DNA of 64,000 bases from an uncultured delta proteobacterium (lineage in GTDB: Bacteria > Myxococcota > UBA727 > VGSZ01), in contig CAVZJB010000005.1 in assembly GCA_963775425.1 (NCBI GenBank), positions 288,001 through 352,000 on the forward strand, in the 5' to 3' direction. Shown piece by piece: positions 1 to 11,329 of this stretch (position 1 is the first letter of the stretch; each line of letters begins with the position of its first letter). A program made the position numbers and the translations under genes. The notes beneath the pieces are model-generated. The model ran no database searches. It saw only the letters and a list, made by a program, of their open reading frames with translations, and was not told the DNA's origin.

Positions 1-76
1 CCGCCCGCGCGGGCGCGGCGCCGAGGGCCGGCAGGAGGGCCGCGGCCGCCCCGAGCAGCGCGAGCCCTCCGCGCAT
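1..76 (-). CDS. 5' end of a secreted protein running off the left edge (partial)
   Basis: ATG at 76 (alternative in-frame ATG at 142) reads MRGGLALLGAAAALLPALGAAPARA, a Sec-type signal peptide ending in A-x-A; frame open to the window edge. Confidence 0.5.
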   Translation of the reverse strand, partial: MRGGLALLGAAAALLPALGAAPARA

Positions 77-277
77 CAGGGCCGGCGGGCGTGGTGGCCT
101 CGGGTGGCGCGCGGGGGCGACGGGGCGGGGGGCGGGGGCCATGGCGCAGCGGATTGAATCAAGCGCCGTGCCGCCGGGCGCGGCGCCGGCGGGCGCCATG
201 GACGCGAGCCGCGACGCGGCCGGCGCCGGCGGGCGCCGTTGCTTTTCACGCAGCGCGGTGCGCGGGCGCCCGTGGGC

Positions 278-967
278 TCAACGGGGCCGGTGCGCGGGCA
301 CCGCCACCGGCGTCCCCGAGTGCGCGGGCCCCGCTCCGCTGGTCTGTCCCTCGCTCCGCGTCGGCACGCGCTGGGAGCCCTCCTCGACGAGCGCGACGAA
401 GCGGGCGGTGGCGACGGCGAGCCGCGCGGCGCGGTCGAGGTCGTTGATGTCGACGAGCCCAAAGCGGCCGGTGAGCTGCCCGCTCTCCTCGAGGTGGACG
501 CTTATCACGGCGTCGTCGGCGAAGGCCGCGTCGAGCGCCGCGCGCACGCCGGCGTCGGCGAACCAGGCGCGCAGGGCGGGGACGTTGTCGCCGTCGACGA
601 CGTAGCGCTCGTCGACGCCGGAGCCGACCTCGATGGCCCCGAGCGGCGAGCTGTTGAGCAGCGCGCGCCGCTCGATGCTGAACCACGAGCGCGCCGCCGC
701 GAGCGGCGCCTGCGCCGTCGCCACCCATTCCGGCGGGCCGTCCTCGCGGCCGCCGCCGGAGGCCAGGGTGAGCGGGTGGAGGGGCGGCCTCGTGTGCAGG
801 ACGGCGGGGCCGTAGGGGCCCATGTGGGCCGAGCGGAGCTCCGGGGTGTCGACGTCCTCGAGCGGCCACCGCCGGAGCCCTCGCCAGAGCCGCACGACGG
901 CTACGAGGCCGAACGCGCCGACCGGCGCGAGGAACATGATGAAGACGATCGCGAGCGCGGGGTTCAC
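278..967 (-). CDS. hypothetical membrane-anchored protein
   Basis: GTG start 10 nt after the pfkA stop; N-terminal hydrophobic segment (LAIVFIMFLAPVGAFGLVAVV); GC3-biased frame. Confidence 0.65.
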   Translation of the reverse strand: MNPALAIVFIMFLAPVGAFGLVAVVRLWRGLRRWPLEDVDTPELRSAHMGPYGPAVLHTRPPLHPLTLASGGGREDGPPEWVATAQAPLAAARSWFSIERRALLNSSPLGAIEVGSGVDERYVVDGDNVPALRAWFADAGVRAALDAAFADDAVISVHLEESGQLTGRFGLVDINDLDRAARLAVATARFVALVEEGSQRVPTRSEGQTSGAGPAHSGTPVAVPAHRPR

Positions 968-977
968 CGGCGGCTCC

Positions 978-2078
978 CTACAGAGCGAGGAGCCCCTCGG
1001 CCTTCGACAGGAGCGCAACGCGGGCGCGGGTCACGGCGCTGCTGCCGTCCAGGAGCGCCTTGGTCTCCGTCATCATGTCGGCGAGCTTGACCAGGCGCAC
1101 CGAGGGATCGTCGGTCTTGTCGCCGAAGCCGCCCGGCGACTCCCACGAGAGCATGACGTCGTGAGCGCCGTCTTCGACGGCGGTGACGGCGGCGAAGCCG
1201 AGGCGCTGCGCGATGACCCGGTCGGTGGCCGAGGGCCGGCCGCCGCGGACGATGTGGCCGAGGATGGTCTCGCGGATCTCGACGCCGGGGGCGTCGCGCT
1301 CGAGGAACGCCGAGAGCCTCTCGACGAGCACCGCGGTCTTCACCCTCACGCCCTCGGCCTTGATGATGAGCACGCGCTTTTTGTGGCGCGCGCCCGCGGC
1401 GCCGGCGGGCCCGGCGGACAAGCCGAAGGACGTGGCGATGAGCGTACGCAGCTTGTCGACGAGCTCGTCCTCGGAGATCTGCTTTTCGGCGTACAGGATG
1501 GCGTCGGCCTCCGCCGCGAGCCCCGCGCGCATGGCGAGGTAGCCGCACTGGCGCCCCATGACCTCGACGATGAAGACGCGGCGGTGCGCGGCCGCCGTGT
1601 CGGAGATGCGATCGCAGGCGTCGACGATGGTGTTGACCGCGGTGTCGACGCCGATGGCGAGGCCGCAGTGGCCGACGTCGTTGTCGATGGAGGCGGGCAC
1701 GCCGAGGATGCGGCAGGTGGTCGCGCCGTCGCCGTCGCCCTCGGCCAGCGCGTGCGCACCGCTGAGCGAGCCGTTGCCGCCGATGACGACGAGGGCCTCG
1801 AGCCCCAGCGACGAGAGCCTGGCGCGTGCCTGCGCCTGCCCCTCGTGCGTGGGGAACAGCTTGCTGCGCGCGGAGCCGAGCATGGTGCCGCCGTCGCGCG
1901 CGATGCCGTCGACGTCGGGCAGCGCCAACGGCCGCGTCTCGCCCGCCAGCAGCCCCGCGTAGCCGTTCATCACGCCGACGACGGAGTGGCCGTGGCCGAC
2001 GCCGGCCTTCACGATGCTGTGGATGGCGGCGTTCATCCCGGGCGCATCACCGCCCGAGGTCAAGACTCCGATGCGCAT
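978..2078 (-). CDS. pfkA: ATP-dependent 6-phosphofructokinase
   Basis: MRIGVLTSGGDAPGMNAAI, GGTMLGSAR, IGGNGS, PASIDND, EVMGRQCG and LGHIVRGG motifs. Confidence 0.96.
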   Translation of the reverse strand: MRIGVLTSGGDAPGMNAAIHSIVKAGVGHGHSVVGVMNGYAGLLAGETRPLALPDVDGIARDGGTMLGSARSKLFPTHEGQAQARARLSSLGLEALVVIGGNGSLSGAHALAEGDGDGATTCRILGVPASIDNDVGHCGLAIGVDTAVNTIVDACDRISDTAAAHRRVFIVEVMGRQCGYLAMRAGLAAEADAILYAEKQISEDELVDKLRTLIATSFGLSAGPAGAAGARHKKRVLIIKAEGVRVKTAVLVERLSAFLERDAPGVEIRETILGHIVRGGRPSATDRVIAQRLGFAAVTAVEDGAHDVMLSWESPGGFGDKTDDPSVRLVKLADMMTETKALLDGSSAVTRARVALLSKAEGLLAL

Positions 2079-2087
2079 GAGGCGAGA

Positions 2088-2849
2088 CTACCGCTTGGCG
2101 CCGAGCTCGGCCTCGATCTGCTTTTCGATCTCGTCGAGCGACTGCTGCTCGGCGGGCTCGGGCTCGGCGGTGACGGCGGGCGCCATCCCCATCTTGGCCT
2201 TGAGCGCGGCGAGGGCGTCGTCGGCCTCGACCTTCTCGAGCTGATCGAACTTGCGCTGGAGGTCGTCGCCGCTGGTGGTCTCGGCGAGCTCGAACGTGGC
2301 CTGGGCCTCCGCCTCGGCCTTGTTGATCTTCTCCTCCATGCGACTCATCGTGTCGAACGCGCTCGTCGACGAGATGCCGTCGAGGGTCTCGGCGATGGTC
2401 TTTTGCGCTTCGGCGCGCTTGGCCCGCGCGATGAGGAGGTTCTTCTTGCGCTTGGCCTCCTCGATCTTGGAGTTGAGGCCCTGGAGGGCGTTTTTGAGCT
2501 GGTCGACGGACGCCTTCTGCGCCGTCCACTGCTGCTCGTAGCCGAAGGCAAGCTTCTCGTGGTCCGTCTTGCGCTGCAGCGCCTGCTTGGCGAGGTCGTC
2601 GTTCCCCGCCTTGACGGCCATCATGGCCTTCTTCTCCCACTCGACGGTGAGCTGCTTTTCCTGCTCGAACTGCTTCTGCAGGCGCTTCTCGTCGGCGATG
2701 GCGACGGCGACCTGTTTCTTGGCCTCCACCATCTGCCCCTGCATGTCGAGGAGCATCTGGTTGAGCATCTTCTCGGGGTCTTCCGACCTCGAAATCGCGT
2801 CGTTGACGTTCGACTTGAGAAGCGTGCCGATGCGGGAAAAGATCGCCAT
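2088..2849 (-). CDS. pspA: PspA/IM30 (Vipp1) family protein
   Basis: MAIFSRIGTLLKSNVND...EDPEKMLNQ; long coiled coil; AFDTMSRMEEKI; C-terminal ALAALKAKMG. Confidence 0.92.
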   Translation of the reverse strand: MAIFSRIGTLLKSNVNDAISRSEDPEKMLNQMLLDMQGQMVEAKKQVAVAIADEKRLQKQFEQEKQLTVEWEKKAMMAVKAGNDDLAKQALQRKTDHEKLAFGYEQQWTAQKASVDQLKNALQGLNSKIEEAKRKKNLLIARAKRAEAQKTIAETLDGISSTSAFDTMSRMEEKINKAEAEAQATFELAETTSGDDLQRKFDQLEKVEADDALAALKAKMGMAPAVTAEPEPAEQQSLDEIEKQIEAELGAKR

Positions 2850-2876
2850 GCGCTACACCCTGAAAAGAAGCTTACC

Positions 2877-3290
2877 CTACGCCCGCGCCACGCCGGTCGT
2901 GCCCTTGCCCACGAACGGTGCGAGGCGCCGGTAATGGGTTGTAATCGCGAGGTTCAGCGCGTCCACCGACGCCTGGAACTCGTTGAAATCGAGGTTCTCG
3001 GCCTGAAGGGTGTCCGTCGCGACGACGGCGTTGGCCTCCAGGCCATAGGCGCCGTGGAGCATCTCGGTGGCGTTCAGCCGGAGCAGCTCCTCGTACAGGC
3101 GCAGGCGGTCGCACCCGGCCGGGATCTCCATCAGCTTGACGTGGAAGACGATGACGGGGTCGTTGAGGGTGACGACGAGGTTGTCGAGCGCGTCGTCGTT
3201 GTCCCGGATCATCCACGTATCTTTGGCGAGCTCGTCGTACGAGACGCCCATTCTGATGAGGTAGCCCTCGATGTCCGAAGCTGTGACCAT
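2877..3290 (-). CDS. YbjN/CesT-like (type III secretion chaperone fold) protein
   Basis: 137 aa acidic protein with LYEELLRLNATEMLHGAYGL and DTLQAENLDFNEF pattern typical of this fold; upstream of pspA. Confidence 0.7.
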   Translation of the reverse strand: MVTASDIEGYLIRMGVSYDELAKDTWMIRDNDDALDNLVVTLNDPVIVFHVKLMEIPAGCDRLRLYEELLRLNATEMLHGAYGLEANAVVATDTLQAENLDFNEFQASVDALNLAITTHYRRLAPFVGKGTTGVARA

Positions 3291-3417
3291 GGTTCCCTTC
3301 TACAACGGATGAACGCCGGGTGGGGTCTCGAAAGTCCGTCTCAACCCGTACCTTGGACGCGGCCGGGGCCCCGTCAACGTGATTGCCCGCACGTGTCGAT
3401 GCTACAAAGGCACACGG

Positions 3418-4251
3418 ATGGTCCAGTTCAACCACGCCCAGCGGGAGATCACGCTGAAGGTCGTCTATTACGGGCCCGCGTTGAGCGGGAAGACGACGAA
3501 CCTGCAGATGATCCACCAATTCCTCGACGCGCAGGCCCGCGGGCGGCTCATGAGCCTGGACACGGCCGACGACCGCACCCTGTTCTTCGACCTCCTGCCG
3601 GTCTTCTTCAAGTCCAAGACGGGCTTCAAGGTCAAGATCAAGCTCTACACGGTCCCCGGCCAGATCATGCACACCTCCACCCGCCGCATCGTGCTCAGCG
3701 GGGCCGACGGGGTGGTCTTCATCGCCGACAGCCAGCGCAGCGAGGCCAAGGCCAACAACGACGCCTGGCGCTCGATGATGGAGAACCTGCGCCAAAACGG
3801 CATCGACCCCGACCAGATCCCCATCGCCATCCAGTTCAACAAGCGGGACCTGCCGAACGTCAGGACCGACACGGAGATCGACGAGATCAAGGCCAAGAGC
3901 AAGGAGCCCGTGTTCACCGCCGTCGCCGTGCGCGGCGAGGGCGTGCTCGAGACCCTGTTCGCGCTCCTGAAGCTCACCTACCGCAACCTCAACAGCCGCT
4001 ACGAGTTCGAGGGCAAGTTCGGCATCGGCGAGGCCGAGTTCCTGCGCTCCGTCTTCAAGCGGGTGCGCGCCGGCGTGCTCAAGGGCGCCCCCGACGGCGG
4101 CGAGGGCGGCGGCAACAGCGGGGGCGAGCCGGGCGCCGGCTTCGCCGACCCGGAGGCCACGCTGAAGAACCCGGTGGCCGGCGGCGGCGACGCCCGCGAC
4201 ACCGTCGACGACATCAACCTGAGCGCGCTGCGCGAGGGAGGTGACTCGTGA
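3418..4251 (+). CDS. MglA-family small GTPase (paralog with Gly/acidic C-terminal extension)
   Basis: [16 protein letters not shown] (G1), [10 protein letters not shown] (G2), LYTVPGQ (G3), [20 protein letters not shown] (G4). Confidence 0.9.
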   Translation: MVQFNHAQREITLKVVYYGPALSGKTTNLQMIHQFLDAQARGRLMSLDTADDRTLFFDLLPVFFKSKTGFKVKIKLYTVPGQIMHTSTRRIVLSGADGVVFIADSQRSEAKANNDAWRSMMENLRQNGIDPDQIPIAIQFNKRDLPNVRTDTEIDEIKAKSKEPVFTAVAVRGEGVLETLFALLKLTYRNLNSRYEFEGKFGIGEAEFLRSVFKRVRAGVLKGAPDGGEGGGNSGGEPGAGFADPEATLKNPVAGGGDARDTVDDINLSALREGGDS

Positions 4252-5699
4252 GCACCTCCGTCGCCGAGAAGAAGGGGATCGCGCCGCTCAAGAGCGTCGA
4301 CGCCAGCGTCCTGCAAAAGCGCATCGCCCTCGTCGACCTCATCGACGCCGAGTCCTTCAAGGACGTGATGTCGGCGTTCGCGGAGCTGTACCGCGTGGGC
4401 GTCAAGGTGTTCGACACCGAGGGCAACAAGATCGTCGACATCCGCGTCGGCAACTCCGGCTTCTGCGGCTACCTCTGGGAGTTCGGCAGCACCCGGCAGG
4501 CGTGCACGCGCCTGGTGACGGGCCTCAAAAACGACCCCTTCGTGGTCGAAAACGGCGTCGAGCAGCCGCGGCTCGTCGACTGCTTCTCGGGGCTCCGCTA
4601 CGTCGTGGTGCCCTTGCACTACGAGGGCGACCTGATGGGCCGCCTGATCTTCGGGCCCTATATGCCGCAGGCGCTGGCGCAGCCCTCGGAGGGCCTGTAT
4701 CGCATCGAGAGCCGGATCGACCGGCGGCGCGCGAACCAGCTCGTGGAGCCCGTGCGCAAGGCCCCGGACGACCTCGTCGCCAAGCTCCTGTCGCAGGTGC
4801 AGCGCATCGTCGAGGTGCTGGTGTTCACCAGCTACCGCGCGCTGTTGACGTCGCAGATGCACATCGAGTCGGTGACGTCGAGCTACCACGAGCTCGAGGA
4901 CAAAAACGCCAAGCTCAAGGAGCAAAACGAGCGGCTCCAGGAGCTCGACAAGCTGAAGAGCAACTTCCTCGCCACGGTGTCCCACGAGCTGCGCACGCCG
5001 CTCACGAGCGTCATCGGGTACTCGGAGATGCTGCTCGAAGGCATGGCCGGCGTGCTCAACGACGAGCAGCGCGAGTACGTGAAGACCATCATGGACAAGG
5101 GCGAGTCGCTCCTGTCGCTCATCTCCCAGATCCTCGATCTGTCACGCATCGAGAGCGGCAACCTCCGCCTCAGCCCCACCGACGTGAACCTCAAGGAGAT
5201 CCTGAAGGCGGCGACGACGTCGGTGATCCCGCAGTGCCAGAAGAAGCAGATCACGCTCGACGTCGACATCGCGCAGGACCTGCCCTACGTGAAGGCCGAC
5301 CGCGACAAGGTCGGGCAGGTCATCGTCAACCTCCTCGGCAACTCGGTGAAGTTCACGCCCATCGGCGGCAAGATCACGCTGCGCGGCCAGATGTGGACGG
5401 GGCCTCGCCGCCACAAGAAGAAGAGCGACGACGACGGCGCTGCGGACCTCTTCGACCTCAAGGACGAGACCTTCGTGCGCATCGACGTCGTCGACAGCGG
5501 CGTCGGCATCCCCAAGGACAAGCTCGACAAGGTCTTCGAGCGCTTCTTCCAGGTCGACAACTCGAGCACCCGCGAATACGGCGGCACCGGCCTCGGCCTC
5601 AGCATCGTGAAGAGCTTCGTGGAGGCGCACCGCGGCGAGATCTTCGTCGAGAGCGACGTCGGCCAGGGCTCCACGTTCACGGTCCTCCTTCCCGTGTGA
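4248..5699 (+). CDS. cytoplasmic sensor histidine kinase with PocR-like N-terminal ligand-binding domain
   Basis: Cys pattern FC..L...C...C..GL..VVVPL; H-box VSHELRTPL; N-box [10 protein letters not shown]; DSGVGIP, FERFFQ and GGTGLGL; no TM helix; GTGA overlap with the GTPase gene. Confidence 0.9.
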   Translation: MSTSVAEKKGIAPLKSVDASVLQKRIALVDLIDAESFKDVMSAFAELYRVGVKVFDTEGNKIVDIRVGNSGFCGYLWEFGSTRQACTRLVTGLKNDPFVVENGVEQPRLVDCFSGLRYVVVPLHYEGDLMGRLIFGPYMPQALAQPSEGLYRIESRIDRRRANQLVEPVRKAPDDLVAKLLSQVQRIVEVLVFTSYRALLTSQMHIESVTSSYHELEDKNAKLKEQNERLQELDKLKSNFLATVSHELRTPLTSVIGYSEMLLEGMAGVLNDEQREYVKTIMDKGESLLSLISQILDLSRIESGNLRLSPTDVNLKEILKAATTSVIPQCQKKQITLDVDIAQDLPYVKADRDKVGQVIVNLLGNSVKFTPIGGKITLRGQMWTGPRRHKKKSDDDGAADLFDLKDETFVRIDVVDSGVGIPKDKLDKVFERFFQVDNSSTREYGGTGLGLSIVKSFVEAHRGEIFVESDVGQGSTFTVLLPV

Positions 5700-5787
5700 G
5701 CCGCGGGTCGACGTCGGCGGGGTGTCCGCTTTTGCGGACGCCGGAGCGCGTCTGGCACAGTCCCCGGCACGGTCCGGGTCGGGCCGC

Positions 5788-6069
<282 letters not shown>

Positions 6070-6183
6070 GCCGCCGCTTCGCCAGGTCAATCCGCGGGCG
6101 CGCCCGCGGCTCGGCCTGGCGGCGGGTCGTCGTCGACGCAGCGCGCGCGACCCGGGCGTCTTCGGTGGGACGGTCTCGGCGTC

Positions 6184-6894
6184 CTACGAGGCGTCGGAGG
6201 CGTCGGAGGCGTCCGAGGCGTCGGAGGCGACCGGGACGCCGACGGGGGCGCCGGTGGCGCCGGCGCGCGAGCCCGGGGGGATCACGGCCTTTTCGCGGGC
6301 GAGGGCCTGGGCGGCGGGGATGGCCCGCGCCATCTGGATGAGCAGCATGACGCGCACGAACACCATGGCGACGGGCGGGGTCCCGCCCACGCTGGCGACG
6401 AGCACGAGCGAGGCGATGCCGTCGAGGGCGAACAGGCCGACGGCGATGTAGAGGGCGGCGGCGCTCGCCCTGCGGATCCACATGCCGAGCGCGGCGTAGA
6501 CGGCGGCGAAGAAGAGGCTCGGCAAGCCGAAGCCCGCCTGCGCGAGCATGCCGCCCACGACCATCGCGATGGCGCCGAAGAGCCCGTTCATGCCGGCGAT
6601 GAAGAAGGCGATGCCCGCCGCGAGCTTCACGCGCACGGCGGGGTCGTTGGCCGCCCCCTTGAGGGGCTCACCGTCGAGGAAGATCTGCAGCTCCGGCGAG
6701 AAGGCCGTCTTGTGGAAGACGACGTGGAGGTTCTGTCCGGTCTCGAGCTGCACCGCGAGGCCCCCGGCGTGGTGCCGGATGTTCGGCGACGTCGCCACCT
6801 GCTGCCCGTTGAACCGCACGACGAAGTTCTTCCAGGCAAAGCCCCACTCGAGCTCGAGCTCTCCGCCCTTCACCGCAAATCGACTCTTCGCCAT
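6184..6894 (-). CDS. hypothetical membrane protein
   Basis: N-terminal beta-rich soluble part, about 4 TM helices, C-terminal (ASD)n tail. Confidence 0.7.
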   Translation of the reverse strand: MAKSRFAVKGGELELEWGFAWKNFVVRFNGQQVATSPNIRHHAGGLAVQLETGQNLHVVFHKTAFSPELQIFLDGEPLKGAANDPAVRVKLAAGIAFFIAGMNGLFGAIAMVVGGMLAQAGFGLPSLFFAAVYAALGMWIRRASAAALYIAVGLFALDGIASLVLVASVGGTPPVAMVFVRVMLLIQMARAIPAAQALAREKAVIPPGSRAGATGAPVGVPVASDASDASDASDAS

Positions 6895-6984
6895 GACCGC
6901 CCTCCGTCGCTCGCGCTCTTTCGCACGCCGCCCCATCGCCAGCGATGACCCACGACACAGCGGCCGTTGGCGTAGATTCGACGG

Positions 6985-8304
6985 ATGTATCGGGCCATCG
7001 CCGGCATCACCGGGCTCACCGTCGACGCCTTCTACCGGCGCGTCCCGCTCGGCGGGGGCGTCCCGCAAAGCGGCCCGGTGCTCCTCGTCGCCAACCACCC
7101 AAACGGCCTCATCGACCCCATCGTCGTCGCCAACACGGCCGGCCGCCAGGTGCGGATGCTCGCCAAGGCCCCGCTGTTCGAGATGCCCGGCGTGTCCGTC
7201 CTCGTGAAGGGCGTCGGCGCGCTGCCGGTGTATCGGGCCAAGGACGGCGCCGACACCGCGCAGAACCAGGCCACCTTCCGCGCCGTCACCGACGCGCTCC
7301 TCGGCGGCAGCGCCGTGCTCATCTTCCCCGAGGGCATCTCGCACGACGCGCCGCAGTTGCAGAAGCTGAAGACGGGGGCCGCGCGCATGGCGCTGCAGGC
7401 GTGCGAGGCGGGGGCCACGGCGCTCGTGGTCGTCCCCGTCGGGCTCGTCTACCGGGACAAGGAGCGCTTCCGCTCCGAGGTCGCCACCCTGGTCGGCGAG
7501 CCCATCGCCGTGGCGCCGTACCTCGCGCGCGGCGGCGACATCGAGACCGCGCGCGCGCTCACCGAGGACATCAAGAAGGGGCTCGCCGCCGTCACCGTCA
7601 ACCTCGAGGCGTGGGAGGACCTGCCGCTGCTCGAGGCCGTCGACGCCGTGTGGCGCATCGACGACCCCCAGCGCACCGCGCGCATCAAGCGGCTCGCCGA
7701 CGGCGTCGCCCTCCTGCGCGCCCACGCGCCCGAGCGGCTCGACGTCGCGCGCGCCATGGTGGTCGAGTGGAAGAGGCGGCTCGAGCGGCTCGGCCTCGAG
7801 CCGCGCGCGCTCTCGCCGGAGCACGTCGCGGCGCGCGCCAGCCCCGCCAAGGCCGCGGCGTTCGCGCTGCGCAACCTCGTCATCGCGCTCGTCGGCTTGC
7901 CTGTGGCAACGTTCGGGGCCGTCTTCTTTGCGGCGCCGTTTTGGCTCGCGCACCTGCTCTACCTCGTCATCCGCCCCGAGCGCGACGTCGCCGCCACCGT
8001 CAAGGTGCTCACGTCCCTCGTGTTCTTTCCGCTGTGGCACGCCGCGGCGACGTTCGTGATGTGGCGGGTGTGGGGGCCGAGCGTCGCGCTCATCGTCGCC
8101 GGCCTCGCGCCGCTGGCGGGCATGACCACGCGCTGGTTCTTTCGCGGCCGCAAGCGCGCGCTGCGCGACGCCACGGTGTTCCTGTCGCTCTTGTGGCGCA
8201 GGAGCCTCGACAAGAAGCTCGAGGTGGAGCGCGACGCGCTCGTCGCCGAGGTCGACGCGCTCGGCAAGCTCGCCGAGGAGCTGCAGGTGGCGCCTCCCCC
8301 TTGA
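6985..8304 (+). CDS. PlsC-family lysophospholipid/glycerol acyltransferase with C-terminal TM helices
   Basis: ANHPNGLID (HX4D), LAKAPLF and IFPEG motifs. Confidence 0.88.
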   Translation: MYRAIAGITGLTVDAFYRRVPLGGGVPQSGPVLLVANHPNGLIDPIVVANTAGRQVRMLAKAPLFEMPGVSVLVKGVGALPVYRAKDGADTAQNQATFRAVTDALLGGSAVLIFPEGISHDAPQLQKLKTGAARMALQACEAGATALVVVPVGLVYRDKERFRSEVATLVGEPIAVAPYLARGGDIETARALTEDIKKGLAAVTVNLEAWEDLPLLEAVDAVWRIDDPQRTARIKRLADGVALLRAHAPERLDVARAMVVEWKRRLERLGLEPRALSPEHVAARASPAKAAAFALRNLVIALVGLPVATFGAVFFAAPFWLAHLLYLVIRPERDVAATVKVLTSLVFFPLWHAAATFVMWRVWGPSVALIVAGLAPLAGMTTRWFFRGRKRALRDATVFLSLLWRRSLDKKLEVERDALVAEVDALGKLAEELQVAPPP

Positions 8305-8367
8305 GCTCGGCGGCGTGGCGCACTTTTGCGGCGGAACGACACTCTCGCGTCCGTCCGAGCCGCGCGC

Positions 8368-9261
8368 TCAATCGCGGTGCGCCGGAGGCTCGAGGAGGAC
8401 CCCGCGCAGCACGGGCCTGCCGTCGACGAGGAAGGGGACGCTCAGGCCCTGCTTGAGAACGGGGCCGTCCTGCACGTGGACGTGCAGGTGCGGCTCGGAG
8501 GAGTTGCCGCTGTTGCCGACGCGGCCGACGACGTCGCCGGCGTCGACGTGCTGCCCGACGGCTACGCGCACGGTGCCGCGGCGCATGTGGCCGAGCACCA
8601 AGAAGCGATCGGGGCGCTCGTCGAGGCGGATGACGACGGCGTTGCCGAACGGGTGCGCCTCGTCCTCCCAGTCCTTCTGCGGGCGCGTATGGTCGGCGGC
8701 GGAATTCTCGACGAAGACCACCGTGCCGCCGGCAGGCGCGTGAACGACGGCGTTCCAGATGACGTAGTCGTCGTCGCGGGCGCCGTCGCTGGCGCCGTAG
8801 GAGCCGCCGTCCCGCCAGCCGACGAGGTCGACGGCGTGGCGCTGGTCGGGGTTGTAGACGTGCTGGTTCCACATGCGCGTGGGCCCGCCGGAGAACGCCA
8901 CCAGCGCGCGATCGACGACGGGCAGGGCGAGGTCCACCGGCGCGTCCTTCTCGTGCGGGTCCGCGGGCAGCTCGGTGCGCGGACGCAACACGAGGAACGC
9001 GATGCCGCCGGAGGCGTCGAAGCCGACCTTGAGCGACACGCGGGCGCCGTCGTCGCCGAGCATCTCCCCCTCCCAGTCCTGGTCGTTTCTCGCGGCGATG
9101 AGCACGCACTCGTCGACGCGCGGCCCGAGCGGGATCATCGTGCGCAGCACGGCCTCGAGCGCGCGGCCCTTCGCCAGGGTCTCGGCGCGCATGGCCTCGT
9201 AGCGCGCGGCCACCGGCGACGACGGCGCCGTGGCGACGAGGAGCGCGAGCGCGGCCAGCAT
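8368..9261 (-). CDS. secreted M23-family metallopeptidase
   Basis: signal peptide; HAVD, GNAVVI, LGHM and GRVGNSGNSSEPHLHVH motifs. Confidence 0.88.
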   Translation of the reverse strand: MLAALALLVATAPSSPVAARYEAMRAETLAKGRALEAVLRTMIPLGPRVDECVLIAARNDQDWEGEMLGDDGARVSLKVGFDASGGIAFLVLRPRTELPADPHEKDAPVDLALPVVDRALVAFSGGPTRMWNQHVYNPDQRHAVDLVGWRDGGSYGASDGARDDDYVIWNAVVHAPAGGTVVFVENSAADHTRPQKDWEDEAHPFGNAVVIRLDERPDRFLVLGHMRRGTVRVAVGQHVDAGDVVGRVGNSGNSSEPHLHVHVQDGPVLKQGLSVPFLVDGRPVLRGVLLEPPAHRD

Positions 9262-9418
9262 GCGTCGATGAGCTTATCCCGTGTGAGGCACCCGGCGCCG
9301 AAAGACGACGGCGCGAGGATGGAGCAGCGCGCACGCCATGGGCATCGCCGCCCGAGATCGCTATGGTGCACGGGCGGCCCTCGCGGGCGATCGCGATCTC
9401 TGCGTCAGGGTCTTGCCG

Positions 9419-11314
<1,896 letters not shown>

Positions 11315-11329
11315 AGTGCGCCGCGAACG

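Noticed and set aside
822-4244. 1140-aa plus-strand ORF and many other long Arg/Ala/Gly-rich ORFs (e.g. 8090-12883, 41019-44366)
   Set aside because: Shadow ORFs from high GC, antisense or off-frame to genes with clear motifs
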